64,000 nucleotides of DNA from Alphaproteobacteria bacterium. GTDB taxonomy: Bacteria > Pseudomonadota > Alphaproteobacteria > MPNO01 > UBA830. A program made the position numbers and the translations under genes. Under the pieces are notes generated by a model that was not told where the DNA came from, did not search any database, and saw only the letters and a program-made list of their open reading frames with translations. Location: assembly GCA_964291215.2 (NCBI GenBank), contig OZ219790.1, forward strand, positions 2,016,001 to 2,080,000, in the 5' to 3' direction. The stretch's first letter is position 1. The number at the start of each line of letters is the position of its first letter. This document shows, piece by piece, positions 11,122-22,119 of the stretch.

Positions 11122-11598
11122 ATGGATCAGGCACCGCAGTTCGCCGCCCAGATTTCTCCTTGGCTGACACCGGTCGTCCTGCTGACCGTTCTCGGTCTCA
11201 TGTGGCGCAGCATGCTGCGGCTCGAAGACCGGCTCGGCAAGCGCATCGACGACACCAACAAGCGTATCGACGACACCAACAGGCGTATCGACGACACCGC
11301 CGCCGCGCTCGTCAAACGCATCGACGACACCGGCGCCGCCCTCGGCGCACGCATCGACGACACCAACAGGCGTATCGACGACACCGCCGCCGCGCTCGTC
11401 AAACGCATCGACGACACCGCCGCCGCGCTCGGCGCACGCATCGACGACACCACCGCCGCGCTCGGCGCACGCATCGACGGAATCGACAACCGGCTGCGGG
11501 CGCTTGAGACCGGCCAGGCGGAGATCAAGGGAAAGCTCGACTTCGTCGAAGCATACATCCTCGGACGCAACGCCCCCGGAACCGCGCCTGCGGAGTGA
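11122..11598 (+). CDS. Small membrane-anchored coiled-coil repeat protein, copy 1 (158 aa)
   Basis: N-terminal hydrophobic segment WLTPVVLLTVLGLMW, then RIDDT repeats of 7 and 11 aa; frame intact in all three copies. Confidence 0.8.
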   Translation: MDQAPQFAAQISPWLTPVVLLTVLGLMWRSMLRLEDRLGKRIDDTNKRIDDTNRRIDDTAAALVKRIDDTGAALGARIDDTNRRIDDTAAALVKRIDDTAAALGARIDDTTAALGARIDGIDNRLRALETGQAEIKGKLDFVEAYILGRNAPGTAPAE

Positions 11599-11817
11599 TC
11601 CGGCGGCTCGGGGCGGCACGCATCCCGCATTGAGCCGCCTGTCCGCATTCACCGAGCGAATGCGGACAGGACCGGATGGAGGGTTCGGCGCGTTGCGCAA
11701 TCGCCGCTGCGGGCGATCTGAATTCAGGCAACATGCCCGAAATTTGTGCGGCGACCTGAACGAAAACAGAGCAGCAGCGGCCGTGACGGCGGCGGAACAT
11801 TCTCACGCTAAATTCTG

Positions 11818-13939
11818 GTAACTGCTCACCCTCCAGTTCCGGCTTGATGTCGGGGTAGAGCAACGAGCGGGTTTTCGTGGAGATTTGACATTGCAGCCCG
11901 ATTCGTTCAGTGGTGGGCATCGAGAACGACGGGGACCACCAGTGGGCTACTTTGGATCGAAGGCGACGAGCGGGCTGTGCCAGCTGCTTTCGGGGCTCCA
12001 GCCCCCGCATGATCTGTTTGTGGAAACGCATCCGGGAGGCGGCGGCGCGCTGATGAAGCGCAAGGCGCCGTGCTCTATCGGGATTGACCGGCGATCGCTG
12101 GACGGGTTCGGGTGCGACTATGCGGTGGAACTGATCCACGGCTGCGCCCACGCGTTCCTGCCGGCCTTGCGTTCCGGCGCACGGAACTGTTCTGCAGCGA
12201 CCCCTGCAGGCGACCCGCCGGTCGGGCCGCCGGTCGGGCCGGCGGTCGGGCTGGCGGTGCCGCCACGACTGCACCGACGCCGACCATGTCGAACTCCTTG
12301 AACTACTCAAGGGGCTGCCGTGTCAGGCGATGGTCTCGGGCCGCCCCTCGGCGTTGTACGACGACCTGCCGCGGGACTGGCGCCGCATCGCTGTGCAGGT
12401 GACGACCCGGGTCCGCACCGAGGTGGTGTGGCTCGACTTCGAGCCCGGGCGGATGCACTCGGCCGGCGATGCCGGGCGGAACCGCACGGACCGTCAGCGC
12501 ATCAAGCGCAAGGCGGGGTACCGGAAGATGCCGCCGGGCGAGCGCCAGGCGATGCTCGCGGCGAGGCCGGGTGATGGCGACGAGCGGCGCACGAGGCGTT
12601 CGAGGCGGCCAGGACCGCGGCGCTGCCGGCAAGATATCCGGAGAGGCCGATGACGTGATCCGCGTGCTGTCCACCTTGGTGAGCATCCTGATTGCCGTCC
12701 TGCTGGAGAAGACGACCCGCGCCAACTCCGGCCTTGCGCCGTCGCAGACGGACAAGGACGAGCGGCGCAAGGGCGCCAGCGGCAAGGGCCCGAAGCCGAA
12801 CCTGCAGACGGGTGACAACCTCCGGAAGACCGTCATCGAGGAGACGGTCGCCGTCAAGGCCTGCGGCGCCGACCTCGATGACGTCGACGCCGTCGACCGG
12901 GAGCGTCGCACGACATCGTCTTCGAGGTCATCGAGCGCCGCGTCGACGCCGAGGTCAAGGAATGCCGGATCCGGGGGCGGTTTCCCGAGACCATGCCCGG
13001 GCCGCTGCAGTACGGCGTCGGTCTGCAGGCCTTCGTCATCAACCTGCCGGTCGCCCAAATGCTGTCCCTGCGCCGTCGCGCTGGTGCAGGCGATCTTCGG
13101 GCTCAGGCTCTCCGAAGCCACCTGCCTCGGCGACGTCAGGCGCCTGCATGACGCGCTGCACTCCAGGCCGCTATCGCCGAGCTGCTGGAACGCCCGGCGC
13201 TGCATGTCGACGAAACCGGCTTCCGGATCGACGGCAGGACCCGATCGCTCCATGTCGTCACCGACGGGACGTGCAAGTTCCTGCATCGCAAGCGCGGCAG
13301 GCAGGCGATCGAGGAGATCGGCATCAGCTACACCGGCACGCTGGACTGCCGGGCCGCATACCCGGCCTGCGATCAATGCACCCACCAGCTGTGCGGGTCC
13401 CACCTGCTCAGGGAACTGACCTTCATCGTCGGCGCCAGTGGCTACCGCCGGGCACGCGTGATGAAGAAACTGCTGCCTGCCACAGGGTTAACAAGAGCGC
13501 ATCCAGGACCCTGAACGAGGCCGACCGCCGCAGCGTCATCAAGCGCTACCGGACCATCCTGACCCGGGGGGCGAAGGAACTGCCTGAAATCCCGCCCCGA
13601 CAGAAAGGAAAACGCGGACGGATTGCGAACGCGCACAACCTCCGGGAGCGTCTCGCAAGACATGAAGAGTCCGTCCTGCGCTTCATGAGCGACCCGGACG
13701 TCAGCTTCACCAACAACACCGGCGAGCAGAAAATCCGGATGGCAAAGGTCAAGGTGTCCGGATGCTTCCGAACCCCGCTCTAGCCGAGGCCTGGTGCCGA
13801 AGCTCAAGCTATCTCACCTCCATGACCGCACTCGGCTACAGCCCGCTCGTCGCCATCTGGATCGCACTCGCCGGAAACGCCGCCGACACGATCAAGATGC
13901 ACAACGCCAAACCCGCCTCTGCGGAGGGTGAGGAGATAC
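11818..13939 (+). mobile_element. IS66 family element carrying a DNA methylase-like passenger
   Basis: TIRs GTAACTGCTCACCC / GTATCTCCTCACCC; TnpC motifs HVDETG, HQLCGSHLLREL, VSFTNNTGEQKIRMAKVKVSGCFR. Confidence 0.85.
11942..12574 (+). pseudogene. DNA adenine methyltransferase-like ORF (Dam/D12-class-like), frameshifted
   Basis: GYFGSKATSG, PPHDLFVETH(L)GGGA SAM-binding region, IGID, eroded DP(PY), DHVELLELLK, MVSG.PSALYD, RTEVVW. Confidence 0.65.
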
Positions 13940-14210
13940 CCCGACGCCAGGAAAGATCCGGCGTGCCGGGCGCGGTACCTGACCGCAATGAGCCGCGTCG
14001 GGATTCTCGTGGCCTCCCGGAAACCGCGCTCCGAGCGGGTCCCGCTTCCGGACGGTACGACGCATGGTGTGCCGGCACAGCGCGAGAAGGAAACAGACCT
14101 TCGGATTGGTCTCGACATGGTGCGAATCGCGCGCAACGGCGCTCTCGATGTGTCCGTGATATTCAGCCAGGATCAGGATTTGGCGGAGCTAGCCCAGAAA
14201 GTTCACACTA
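13940..14210 (+). pseudogene. NYN domain (LabA/DUF88) gene fragment
   Basis: EKETDLRIGLDMVRIARNGALDVSVIFSQDQDLAE resembles the NYN EK..D..I..D.....D...I.S.D.D motif. Confidence 0.6.
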
Positions 14211-14221
14211 ACCGAATCGAT

Positions 14222-14300
14222 CTGCAGTGTCAAATCTCCACGAAAACCCGTTCGTTGCTCTACCCCGACATCAAGCCGGAACCAGGGGGTGAGCAGTTAC
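14222..14300 (-). mobile_element. Isolated IS66 left end closing composite 11818-14300
   Basis: Reverse complement of 11818-11897; 8-bp duplication AAATTCTG at 11810-11817 and 14301-14308. Confidence 0.8.
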
Positions 14301-15995
14301 AAATTCTGTTTGATTTTTCCAGACAGTACTTGGGTATAGCGGAGGCGCGGGTTGGTGCGGGAGATTTTTTGCAGTTTTCGCTGGCTTTCCTGTACTGAAG
14401 TTGTCATGGTGCGGGGATGTCGGTTCACAAGTACATCGCATCCTGTCCGATTCACGTCGCAGCTCCGGAAGGGTCTGTCCGAGGTTTGCGAAGCCCGAGG
14501 AGCGTCCGCTGCGTTGATGGACGACTATCTCGGGTTTCGCCGTCTGGCGGGGCTGCGCCATATTGCGTTCTTCAGGGGGCAGTGGTCTGGCGGCGTGACG
14601 GTGCCTTCAAGTGCCGCGACCGGTGGATCGGCTGGAAGTAGGAGCAGGAGTGGCTTGATCTGATAGCGAACAACACGCGACTGCTGGTGCGTGCGGCGCC
14701 GGGAACGTTTCCGAACCTTGCCTCCTTCTTTCTTGCGACGCGGCGGCTGGCCGACGACTGGGCCTGCGGCCACCAGGTGGCGGAGACGTTCTGCGATCCG
14801 GCGCGTTTTGCGGGCACCCTGTACAAGGCGGCGGGCTGGCGTGCGCCGGACCAAGGGGTTTGCCCGCGCCAACGGGCGCTGCACCGACCCCCATGGCAAG
14901 GAGATTTTCGTTTTGCCGCTGCGGCGCGACGGCTGCTGTCGCGCCGCAGGCACTGCCGGGCGCCGCCTGCCTCCTCGCTCCCCGGGGTTCCGAGGTGATG
15001 CGTTCGCTGCACGACGAGTTGGCGGCGATCGAGGACTTCCGCCGCGCAGAAAGCACACGGTGTGCTCACGTTCTCGCCGAGCTTGCGAACATGAAAGGCT
15101 GCCTCGCAGCTGCGCAGTTTGCGCGGTCGCTGTCCCGAGACGAGCTCGAGGCCATCGGCGGAACCCGAGGACGGGGCTGCGCGAGCCGCTCCTCCAGGGC
15201 GACCCTCCACCGGGTCGTCCGGTCGGTCGACCCCGAGGCGCTTGAGAACATGCTCGGCCGCCATGGCAGGCGCCGGCTCGCCCGGGCGCTTGCCGCCGAC
15301 GGCAAGCGCATCCGCGACGCCAACCGCAACGGCCACCACGAGACCGTGGCCCTCACGCCTCCGCGCCCCCTTCGCGCTGTTGAACTTCGACGACGGCGAG
15401 TTGGCGGCCACCTCCTCGAGCGCACCGATGTTCGCGGCAAGGTGATCACCCGCACGACGCCGGCGACGCTGATCACCCGGCGCTGCGGCGCAGACTATGT
15501 CTTCCCGGTCAAAGGCAATACGCCCGAAACCTTCGACGGCATCGACTGGGAGACAGATGCCAGCGGTTGCTTCAAAGAAGCAAGGCCCACGGACGCCTCG
15601 AGCAGCGCTCGATACGTGCCGCTCAAGGGCTTGATCAACTACCCCGGCAGATCGCCCGCATCAAGCGCTACCGCAAGCCGCCGGGAAAGAGCGCCAGCGG
15701 CGCAGCGAGCGGCAACGACTGCACCGGTACATCATCACCTCACCGCACGAACGCTTACGTACCGCCAGCCGTGCGCAACTCTCGACACCGGGTCGGTTCA
15801 CGGCAACCACGCGATCAATATACGGCCGCATTCCAGGACCGATAGTACCAAACTGCCGATGCTCTCTCCAAATCGGGGATATCGCCCACACGTAGCGGGC
15901 TTCCGTTTGCGGCAGGCGCGGCTATAACACTGGCTGACGCCAGCCGGACCGAAAAAGCTCTCGCTTTCGATGCCACGCCGTGTCATATTGCCGGC

Positions 15996-16373
15996 ATGGA
16001 CCAGACACCGCAGTTCGCCGCCCAGATTTCTCCTTGGCTAACACCGGTTGTCCTGCTGACCGTTCTCGGTCTCATGTGGCGCAGCATGCTGCGGCTCGAA
16101 GACCGGCTCGGCGCACGCATTGATGACACCAACAAGCGTATCGACGACACCAACAAGCGTATCGACGACACCAACAGGCGTATCGACGACACCGCCGCCG
16201 CGCTCGTCAAACGCATCGACGACACCACCGCCGCGCTCGGCGCACGCATCGACGGAATCGACAACCGGCTGCGGGCGCTTGAGACCGGCCAGGCGGAGAT
16301 CAAGGGAAAGCTCGACTTCGTCGAAGCATACATCCTCGGACGCAACGCCCCCGGAACCGCGCCTGCGGAGTGA
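15996..16373 (+). CDS. Small membrane-anchored coiled-coil repeat protein, copy 2 (125 aa)
   Basis: Near-identical to copy 1 except for repeat number. Confidence 0.8.
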   Translation: MDQTPQFAAQISPWLTPVVLLTVLGLMWRSMLRLEDRLGARIDDTNKRIDDTNKRIDDTNRRIDDTAAALVKRIDDTTAALGARIDGIDNRLRALETGQAEIKGKLDFVEAYILGRNAPGTAPAE

Positions 16374-16726
16374 TCCGGCGGCTCGGGGCGGCACGCATCC
16401 CGCATTGAGCCGCCTGTCCGCATTCACCGAGCGAATGCGGACAGGACCGGATGGAGGGTTCGGCGCGTTGCGCAACCGTCGCTGCGGACGATCTGAATTC
16501 AGGCAACATGCCCGAAATTTGTGCGGCGACCTGGACGAAAACGGAGCAGCAGCGGCCGTAACGGCGGCGGAACATTCTCACGCTAAATTCTGTTTGATTT
16601 TTCAAGGCAGTACCTGGGTTTTGCGGGGGCGCAGGTTGGTGCGAGGAGATTTTTTCCAGTTTTCGCTGGCTTTCCTGGACTGGAGTTGTCATGGTGCGGG
16701 GATATCGGTTCACAAGCACATCGCGT

Positions 16727-18783
16727 GGGTGAGAGTCTCGTATGGCACGGTTGCAGGCTCAGTACCATTTGTTCATCTCACAGTGCCGGGGTGTGATTTG
16801 GGCTGATGTTGTCGTTGGCTGGTGCGTCGTCTGCACCGATCATGGTTGCCCATGCGCTTTCGAAGCGGCCGGATTCGAGCAGGGCGCGGAAGGTGATTGT
16901 CCGCCGACGATGCGCCAGCGCATGCCGGAACGTTTCATGCGCTGTGTGACGAGGGTCTTGTTTGCCGCCTCGACAATTCCCGAGCCGGTTGCTTCAGCGC
17001 GTGGTAGCGCATGCGGTGGCGATGCTTGCGGAAGTAAGGACAGTTCCCTGTCGATGTCGGCCCGTTGGCGCCGCGGTGTCGCGAAGGTGGCGCAGCGCCC
17101 GGATCACCTGTCGATGCCGCGGGGGTCGTGACAAAATCCTGTCCCGAAACGGGCGATTGTCACGAAAACTCGTTGTAACTGCTCACCCCCTGGTTCCGGC
17201 TTGATGTCGGGGTAGAGCAACGAACGGGTTTTCGTGGAGATTTGACACTGCAGGCCGATTCGTTTAGTGGTGGTAATCGAGAACGACGGGGACCGCCAGT
17301 GGGCTACTTTGGATCGAAGGCGACGAGCGGGCTGTGCCAGCTGCTTCCGGGGCTCCAGCCCCCGCATGATCTGTATGTGGAAACGCATCTCGGAGGCGGC
17401 GCGCTGATGAAGCGCAAGGCCGGGTGATGGCGACGGGCGGCGCGCGAGGAGTTCGAAGCGGCCAAGACCGCGGCGCTGCCGGCAAGGTGGCGGAAGAGGC
17501 CGTGATCCGCGTCCTCGTCATCCTGCTCGACATCATCATCGTCGTCCTTCTGAAGAAGACTACGCACGAGCCGGAACTCCGGTCTGCCGCCGTCACAGAC
17601 GGACAAGAGCGTGCCGGGAGCAACGGCAAGGGCCCGAAGCCGAACCGGCAGATGGGCGACAACCTGCGCAAGATCATCGTCGAGGAGACGGTCGCGGCCT
17701 GCGACGCCTGCGGCGCTGACATCGACGGCCCCGTCGATCGGGAGCGCCGCGTCCTCTATGACATCGTGTTCGAGGTCGCGCCGCGTCGACGCCGAGGAAT
17801 GCCCGAAGTGCAAGGCCCGGGGCCGGTTCCCCGACAACATCCCGTGCAGTACGGCATCGGCATCCAGGCCCTCGTCATCAACCTGCTGGTTGCCCAGATG
17901 CTGTCCCTGCGCCGCGCTGTCGCGCTCGTGCATGCGATCTCCGGCATCAAGCTCTCCGAGGCAACCTGCCTCGGCTATGCTTTCACGATGCGTCATGGGA
18001 GGAGGCCGCCGTGGCGCACCTCCTGCAACGCCCGATGTCGATGATTTCGGATCAACAGCAAGTGGCTTCATGTCGTGGGACCCTGACGTGCAAGTTCCCG
18101 CACCGCAAGCGCGGCCGGGAGGCAAGAGATCGGCATCATCCCGTGCTACAAGGGCGTCCTGACTGCTGGGCCTCGTACATGGGCCAGTGTAGCCACCAGC
18201 TGTGCGGCAGCCACCTGCTGCGCGAACTGACCTTTGTCGTCGAGGCTACCGCGCGACTGATGAAGAGCCTGCTCCGCGAGGTCTGCCACAAGGTCAACAA
18301 GAGCGCATCCAAAACCCTGAACGACGCCGGGCGCAAGCGCTACCGCACCATCAGGGCGCCAGGGAACTGCCCGATATCCCGCCGAAAGGAAAACGTGGAC
18401 GCAAGTCCGACGCGCACAACCTGCACGAACGTCTCGTGAAACACGAAAACCTGCGCTTCATAGACAACCCCGACGTCAGCTTCACCAACAATGCCGGAGA
18501 ACAGAAGATCAGGATGGCAAAGCTCAAGGTGCCCGGATGCTTCCGCTCCACGCAAAAGCATGGTGCCAAGCTACCTCACCTCCATGGCCGCACTCGGCTA
18601 CAATCATCACGTCGCAACCCAGATCGCCCTCGACGGAAAAGCCGCAGACATCATCAACGAGCACTACGACCAATCAGAACCCAACTAGGGGTGAGTAGAT
18701 ACAACTCGTTTTCGCCGCTGCCTCGCTGACCGCACAACCGTATTAAATCAATGGCTTGGATTCGCCATACGAGAACTGCACCC
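16727..18783 (-). mobile_element. ISKra4/ISLre2-like internally deleted element (contains IS66 17175-18702)
   Basis: TIR GGGTGAGAGTCTCGTATGGC / GGGTGCAGTTCTCGTATGGC; TSD CATCGCGT/CATCTCGT; minus-strand GSGIVEAANKTLVTQRMKRSGMRW. Confidence 0.7.
17175..18702 (+). mobile_element. IS66 deletion derivative
   Basis: TIRs as 11818; perfect 8-bp TSD AACTCGTT. Confidence 0.88.
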
Positions 18784-19323
18784 CATCTCGTCCTGTCCGA
18801 TTCACGTCGCAGATCCGGAAGGGTCTGTCCGAGGTTGAGGTTCGCGAAGCCTGAGGAGCGTCCGCTGCGGGATGCGTTGATGGACGACTATCTCGGGTTT
18901 CGCCGTCTGGCGGAGCTGCGCCATATTGCATCTTTCAGGGGGCAGTGGCCTAGCGGCGTGACGGGGCCTTCAAGTGCCGCGACCCAGGGTGATCTTACGC
19001 TAAATTCTGTCTGATTTTTCAAGACAGTACCTGGGCTTTGCGGAGGCGCGGGTTGGTGCGGGAGATTTTTTTACAGTTTTCGCTGACTTTCCTGCACTGA
19101 AGTTGTCATGGTGCGGGGATGTCGGTTCACAAGCACATCGCATCCTGTCCGATTCACGTCGCAGCTCTGGAAGGGTCTGTCCGAGCATCCATGTTTCTTG
19201 GCAAGGTTTTTGCGGGTGTCTGTGGTGATGTTTTCTGTGGTTGTCCACAAGCGGTGTGGGGTTTGCTCTGCGAGCGAGGCGACATGAAGCTTGTGGTCCC
19301 GGCGGCGGGTTGCCGTCCATTGG

Positions 19324-19500
19324 TCACGTGAACGCGGCTACCTTGCCGTCCCCGGGCATGGTAACGTGACCGTCCGGGTTCCAGGTGTCCCAAGGCGGTT
19401 CGATCTCCTTGATGTCGACCTCGACGATGATCTGCAGACATTCTCCCCAAGTCGTGTCGGAGACTGTCGAGACAGTCCCGATCGCGCTCTCGGCAGGGCC
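19324..19500 (-). pseudogene. Small acidic accessory ORF in the IS110 right end
   Basis: AESAIGTV...DTTWGECLQIIVEVDIKEIEPPWDTWNPDGHVTMPGDGKVAAFT*; homolog in copy B with GGAG-ATG at about 31368. Confidence 0.45.
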
Positions 19501-20246
19501 GTGTCTCCTTCGCTCACTCACCGGTGCTTCAGGCAACGCTGCTGTCGCAGCAAGGTGTTCGCCAGAGCTTGCGCATCACGGCGACAATCGCGACTTTGTG
19601 GGCCTTGCCGGCAGTCTTGAGGCGCACCAGGTCCGCGTTGAAGCGTGCCGGTTGCGGCCATGAACAGGAGATCGCGTGGCCTTCGGCGCCCGCCACGGAT
19701 GTGCCGAGCACCGTGGTCGTTGGCGCCACCCCGATCAAGGCTGCCGACGCTGCCGAGTTCGGGCATCCAGCAAAGAAGGGCCGCGGCGGTCACCGGATCG
19801 AGGTCAGGATGGCATACCTCTGCTTGGGATCACCGGCGATCACCGCTTTGATCGCCGCGCCGGCAATGCGATCATCGAGATCGGCCGCCGAGGCCCTTGT
19901 GACGGTCTCGCCATCCTCCTCATCTGCCACCTGCCTGGCGTCGACAAGCGCGGCACCAGGAGATCCTCCAGGCTCTTGAGGAAGGCGGAGCCACAGGCTC
20001 AAGATCGCCCAGCCGATCTTGGCGTCGACGCGGTTGGCCCATCGCCTCGGCGAAGCCCGCAACGGGTTGACGAGAATAACCTCGAAGCCCCGGTCATGAA
20101 GACACTGGTAAACCTTGCGGTGATAGCGGCCTGTCGCCCACTACCCGGCTCACCCCGAGGCCGCGAAGCCACCTGCCCGTGGCGTCGTTCGCAAAACAAT
20201 GCGCCAGATGTCCAGACTGGCTGACCCTTGCTACTATCTTGACCAT

Positions 20247-20420
20247 CGTCCCTTGCTCCTCGCCTTACGATGATACGGGTTCAAACCCAAGTATCCAGCG
20301 AGGGACGTCAAGGGAGGTTGCCACACTCGGACACGGCCCTGTCAAGGTCGAAACGGCAACCTCCGCGGAGATCGTTTGACCCCCTGTGCGTGTTCGCTCA
20401 GGGGAGCGGAATCTCTCTGC
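20247..20420 (-). ncRNA. IS110 bridge RNA, copy A
   Basis: Stem GGAGGTTGCC (20313-22) / GGCAACCTCC (20355-64) encloses CTCGGACA and AGGTCGAAA matching the flanks of copy A; donor loop closed by CGTCCCT/AGGGACG. Confidence 0.8.
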
Positions 20421-22119
20421 AACCATAGCTCTCCCACAGATCCACATTTTCCCGCCCCCAACTGCTGTGGATGATTTCATCATCAAGGGGACAAAACCTG
20501 GTCATATAAGGTTGAGGTTCGCGAAGCCTGAGGAGCGTCCGCTGCGTTGATGGACGACTATCTCGGGTTTCGCCGTCTGGCGGGGCTGCGCTATATTGCG
20601 TCCTTCAGGGGGCAGTGGCTGGCGGCGTGACGGGGCCTTCAAGTGCCGCGACTGGTGGATTGGCTGGAAGCCGGAGCAGCAGGGCTTGATCTGACAACAC
20701 GCGACTGCTTGCGGCGCCGGGAACGTTTTCGAACCTTGCCTCCTTCTTTCTTGCGACGCGGCGGCTGGCCGACGATTGGGCCTACGGCCACCAAGTGGCG
20801 GAGACGTTCTGCGATCCGGCGCGTTTTGCGGGCACAAGGCGGCGGGCTGGCGTGCCAAGGGGTTTGCCCGCGGGCGCTACACCGACCCCCATGGCAAGGA
20901 GATTTTCGTTGTGCGGCGCGACGGCTGCTGTCGCAGGCGCTGCGGTAGCGCCGCTTGCCTCCTCGCTCCCCGGGGTTCCGAGGTGATGCGTTCGCTGCGC
21001 GAAGAGTTGGCGGCGATCGAGGACTTCCGCCGCGCAGGAAGCACACGGTGTGCTCACGTTCTCGCCGAGCTTGCGAACATGAAAGGCTGCCTCGCAGCTG
21101 CGCAGTTTGCGCGGTCGCTGTCTCAGGACGAGCTCGAGGCCATCGGCGGAACCCGAGGACGGAGCTGCGCGAGCCGCCCTCCAAGGCGACCCTCCACCGG
21201 GCAGTCGATCGACCCCGAGGCGCTCGAGGATGTACTCGGCCGCGGGCTCGCCCGGGCGCTTGCCGCCGACGGCAAGCGCATCCGCGGCGCTAACCGCAAC
21301 GGCCACCACGAGACCGTGGCTCTCACGCCTCCGGCGCACCCTTCGCGCTGTTGAATTTCGACGACGGTGAGCTGGCGGCCACCTCCTCGAGCGCACCGAT
21401 GTCCGCGGCAAGGTGACCACCCGCACGACGCCGGCGGCGCTGATCACCCGGCGCTGCGGCGCAGACCATGTCTTCTCGGTCAAAGGCAATGCGCCCGAAA
21501 CCTTCGACATCCTCGACGGCATCGACTGGGAGCCAGCGGCCGCTTCAAGGAAGAGTAAGGCCCGCCTCGAGCAGCGCGTGCCGCTCAAGGGCTTGATCAA
21601 CTACCCCGGCCAGATCGCCCGCATCAAGCGCTACCGCGAGCCGCTGGGAAAGAGCGCCAACGGCGCAGCGAGCAGCAACGACTGTACATCATCACCTCGC
21701 TCGATGCGCAACACGCGTCGCCAGAGGAACTGCTGCGGCCGCGGGCTGTGGAAAACATGAACCATCGAGACTGCGTCTTCGGCGAAGACGCCTGCCTGAC
21801 ACGCAAACCGCGCCAGCCTCAACAACATCGCGCTCGCGGTGATCTTCGCCAACCGACGCGAGAGCCTCGCCGAAACACGGCGGCGGCTCGACCGCCGAGA
21901 AGCCGTCGCAGCTCTGATTCGGCCCTGAGCGCCAATGGCGTCCGGCCGATTTTCGGATGCCGCCCACAACCCGCCTACATCCCGAAAACAACCCGCCCAC
22001 GCGCCGGCAACGCCGCCGGCGACGACCGTGGACGGCCCCGAAGCCAGAAAACCCGGCAGGTTGTACAACCTGCCTCCATCAGCAGTCGACAAGATCGAAT
22101 GCAGCGTGAGAAAGTCCTG

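Larger units (their letters stand above)
11804..15740 (+). mobile_element. ISAs1/DUF4338 element copy, interrupted at 11817 by an IS66 composite; 3' end replaced
   Basis: Left end CACGCTAAATTCTG resumes at 14301; LAADGKRIR and VKGN motifs near 15290-15520. Confidence 0.72.
16579..18985 (+). mobile_element. ISAs1/DUF4338 5' fragment interrupted by an ISKra4/ISLre2-like element
   Basis: Left TIR at 16579; sequence resumes at 18784. Confidence 0.6.
19184..20510 (-). mobile_element. IS110 family element, copy A (CT core on both sides)
   Basis: Empty site GTCCGAGGTTGAGG at about 18827-18840; AG at 19184-85 and 20509-10; recombinase fragments RHIRGGRRRPRDLLFMAA and AGKAHKVAIVAVMRKL; ATG at 20246. 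Confidence 0.9.
18996..22108 (+). mobile_element. ISAs1/DUF4338 element with IS110 copy A inserted
   Basis: Ends TACGCTAAATTC ... GAATGCAGCGTG; host sequence GTCCGAG|GTTGAGG is split by IS110. Confidence 0.78.

Noticed and set aside
11240-11480. CGCATCGACGACACC repeats looked like a CRISPR array
   Set aside because: Units are 21 or 33 nt, in frame, with repeated rather than unique spacers; no cas genes seen. It is a coding repeat.
12213-12260. Short ~12-bp GC-rich tandem repeat (CCGCCGGTCGGG) in the methylase remnant
   Set aside because: Probably a local slippage duplication in a pseudogene; no support for function.
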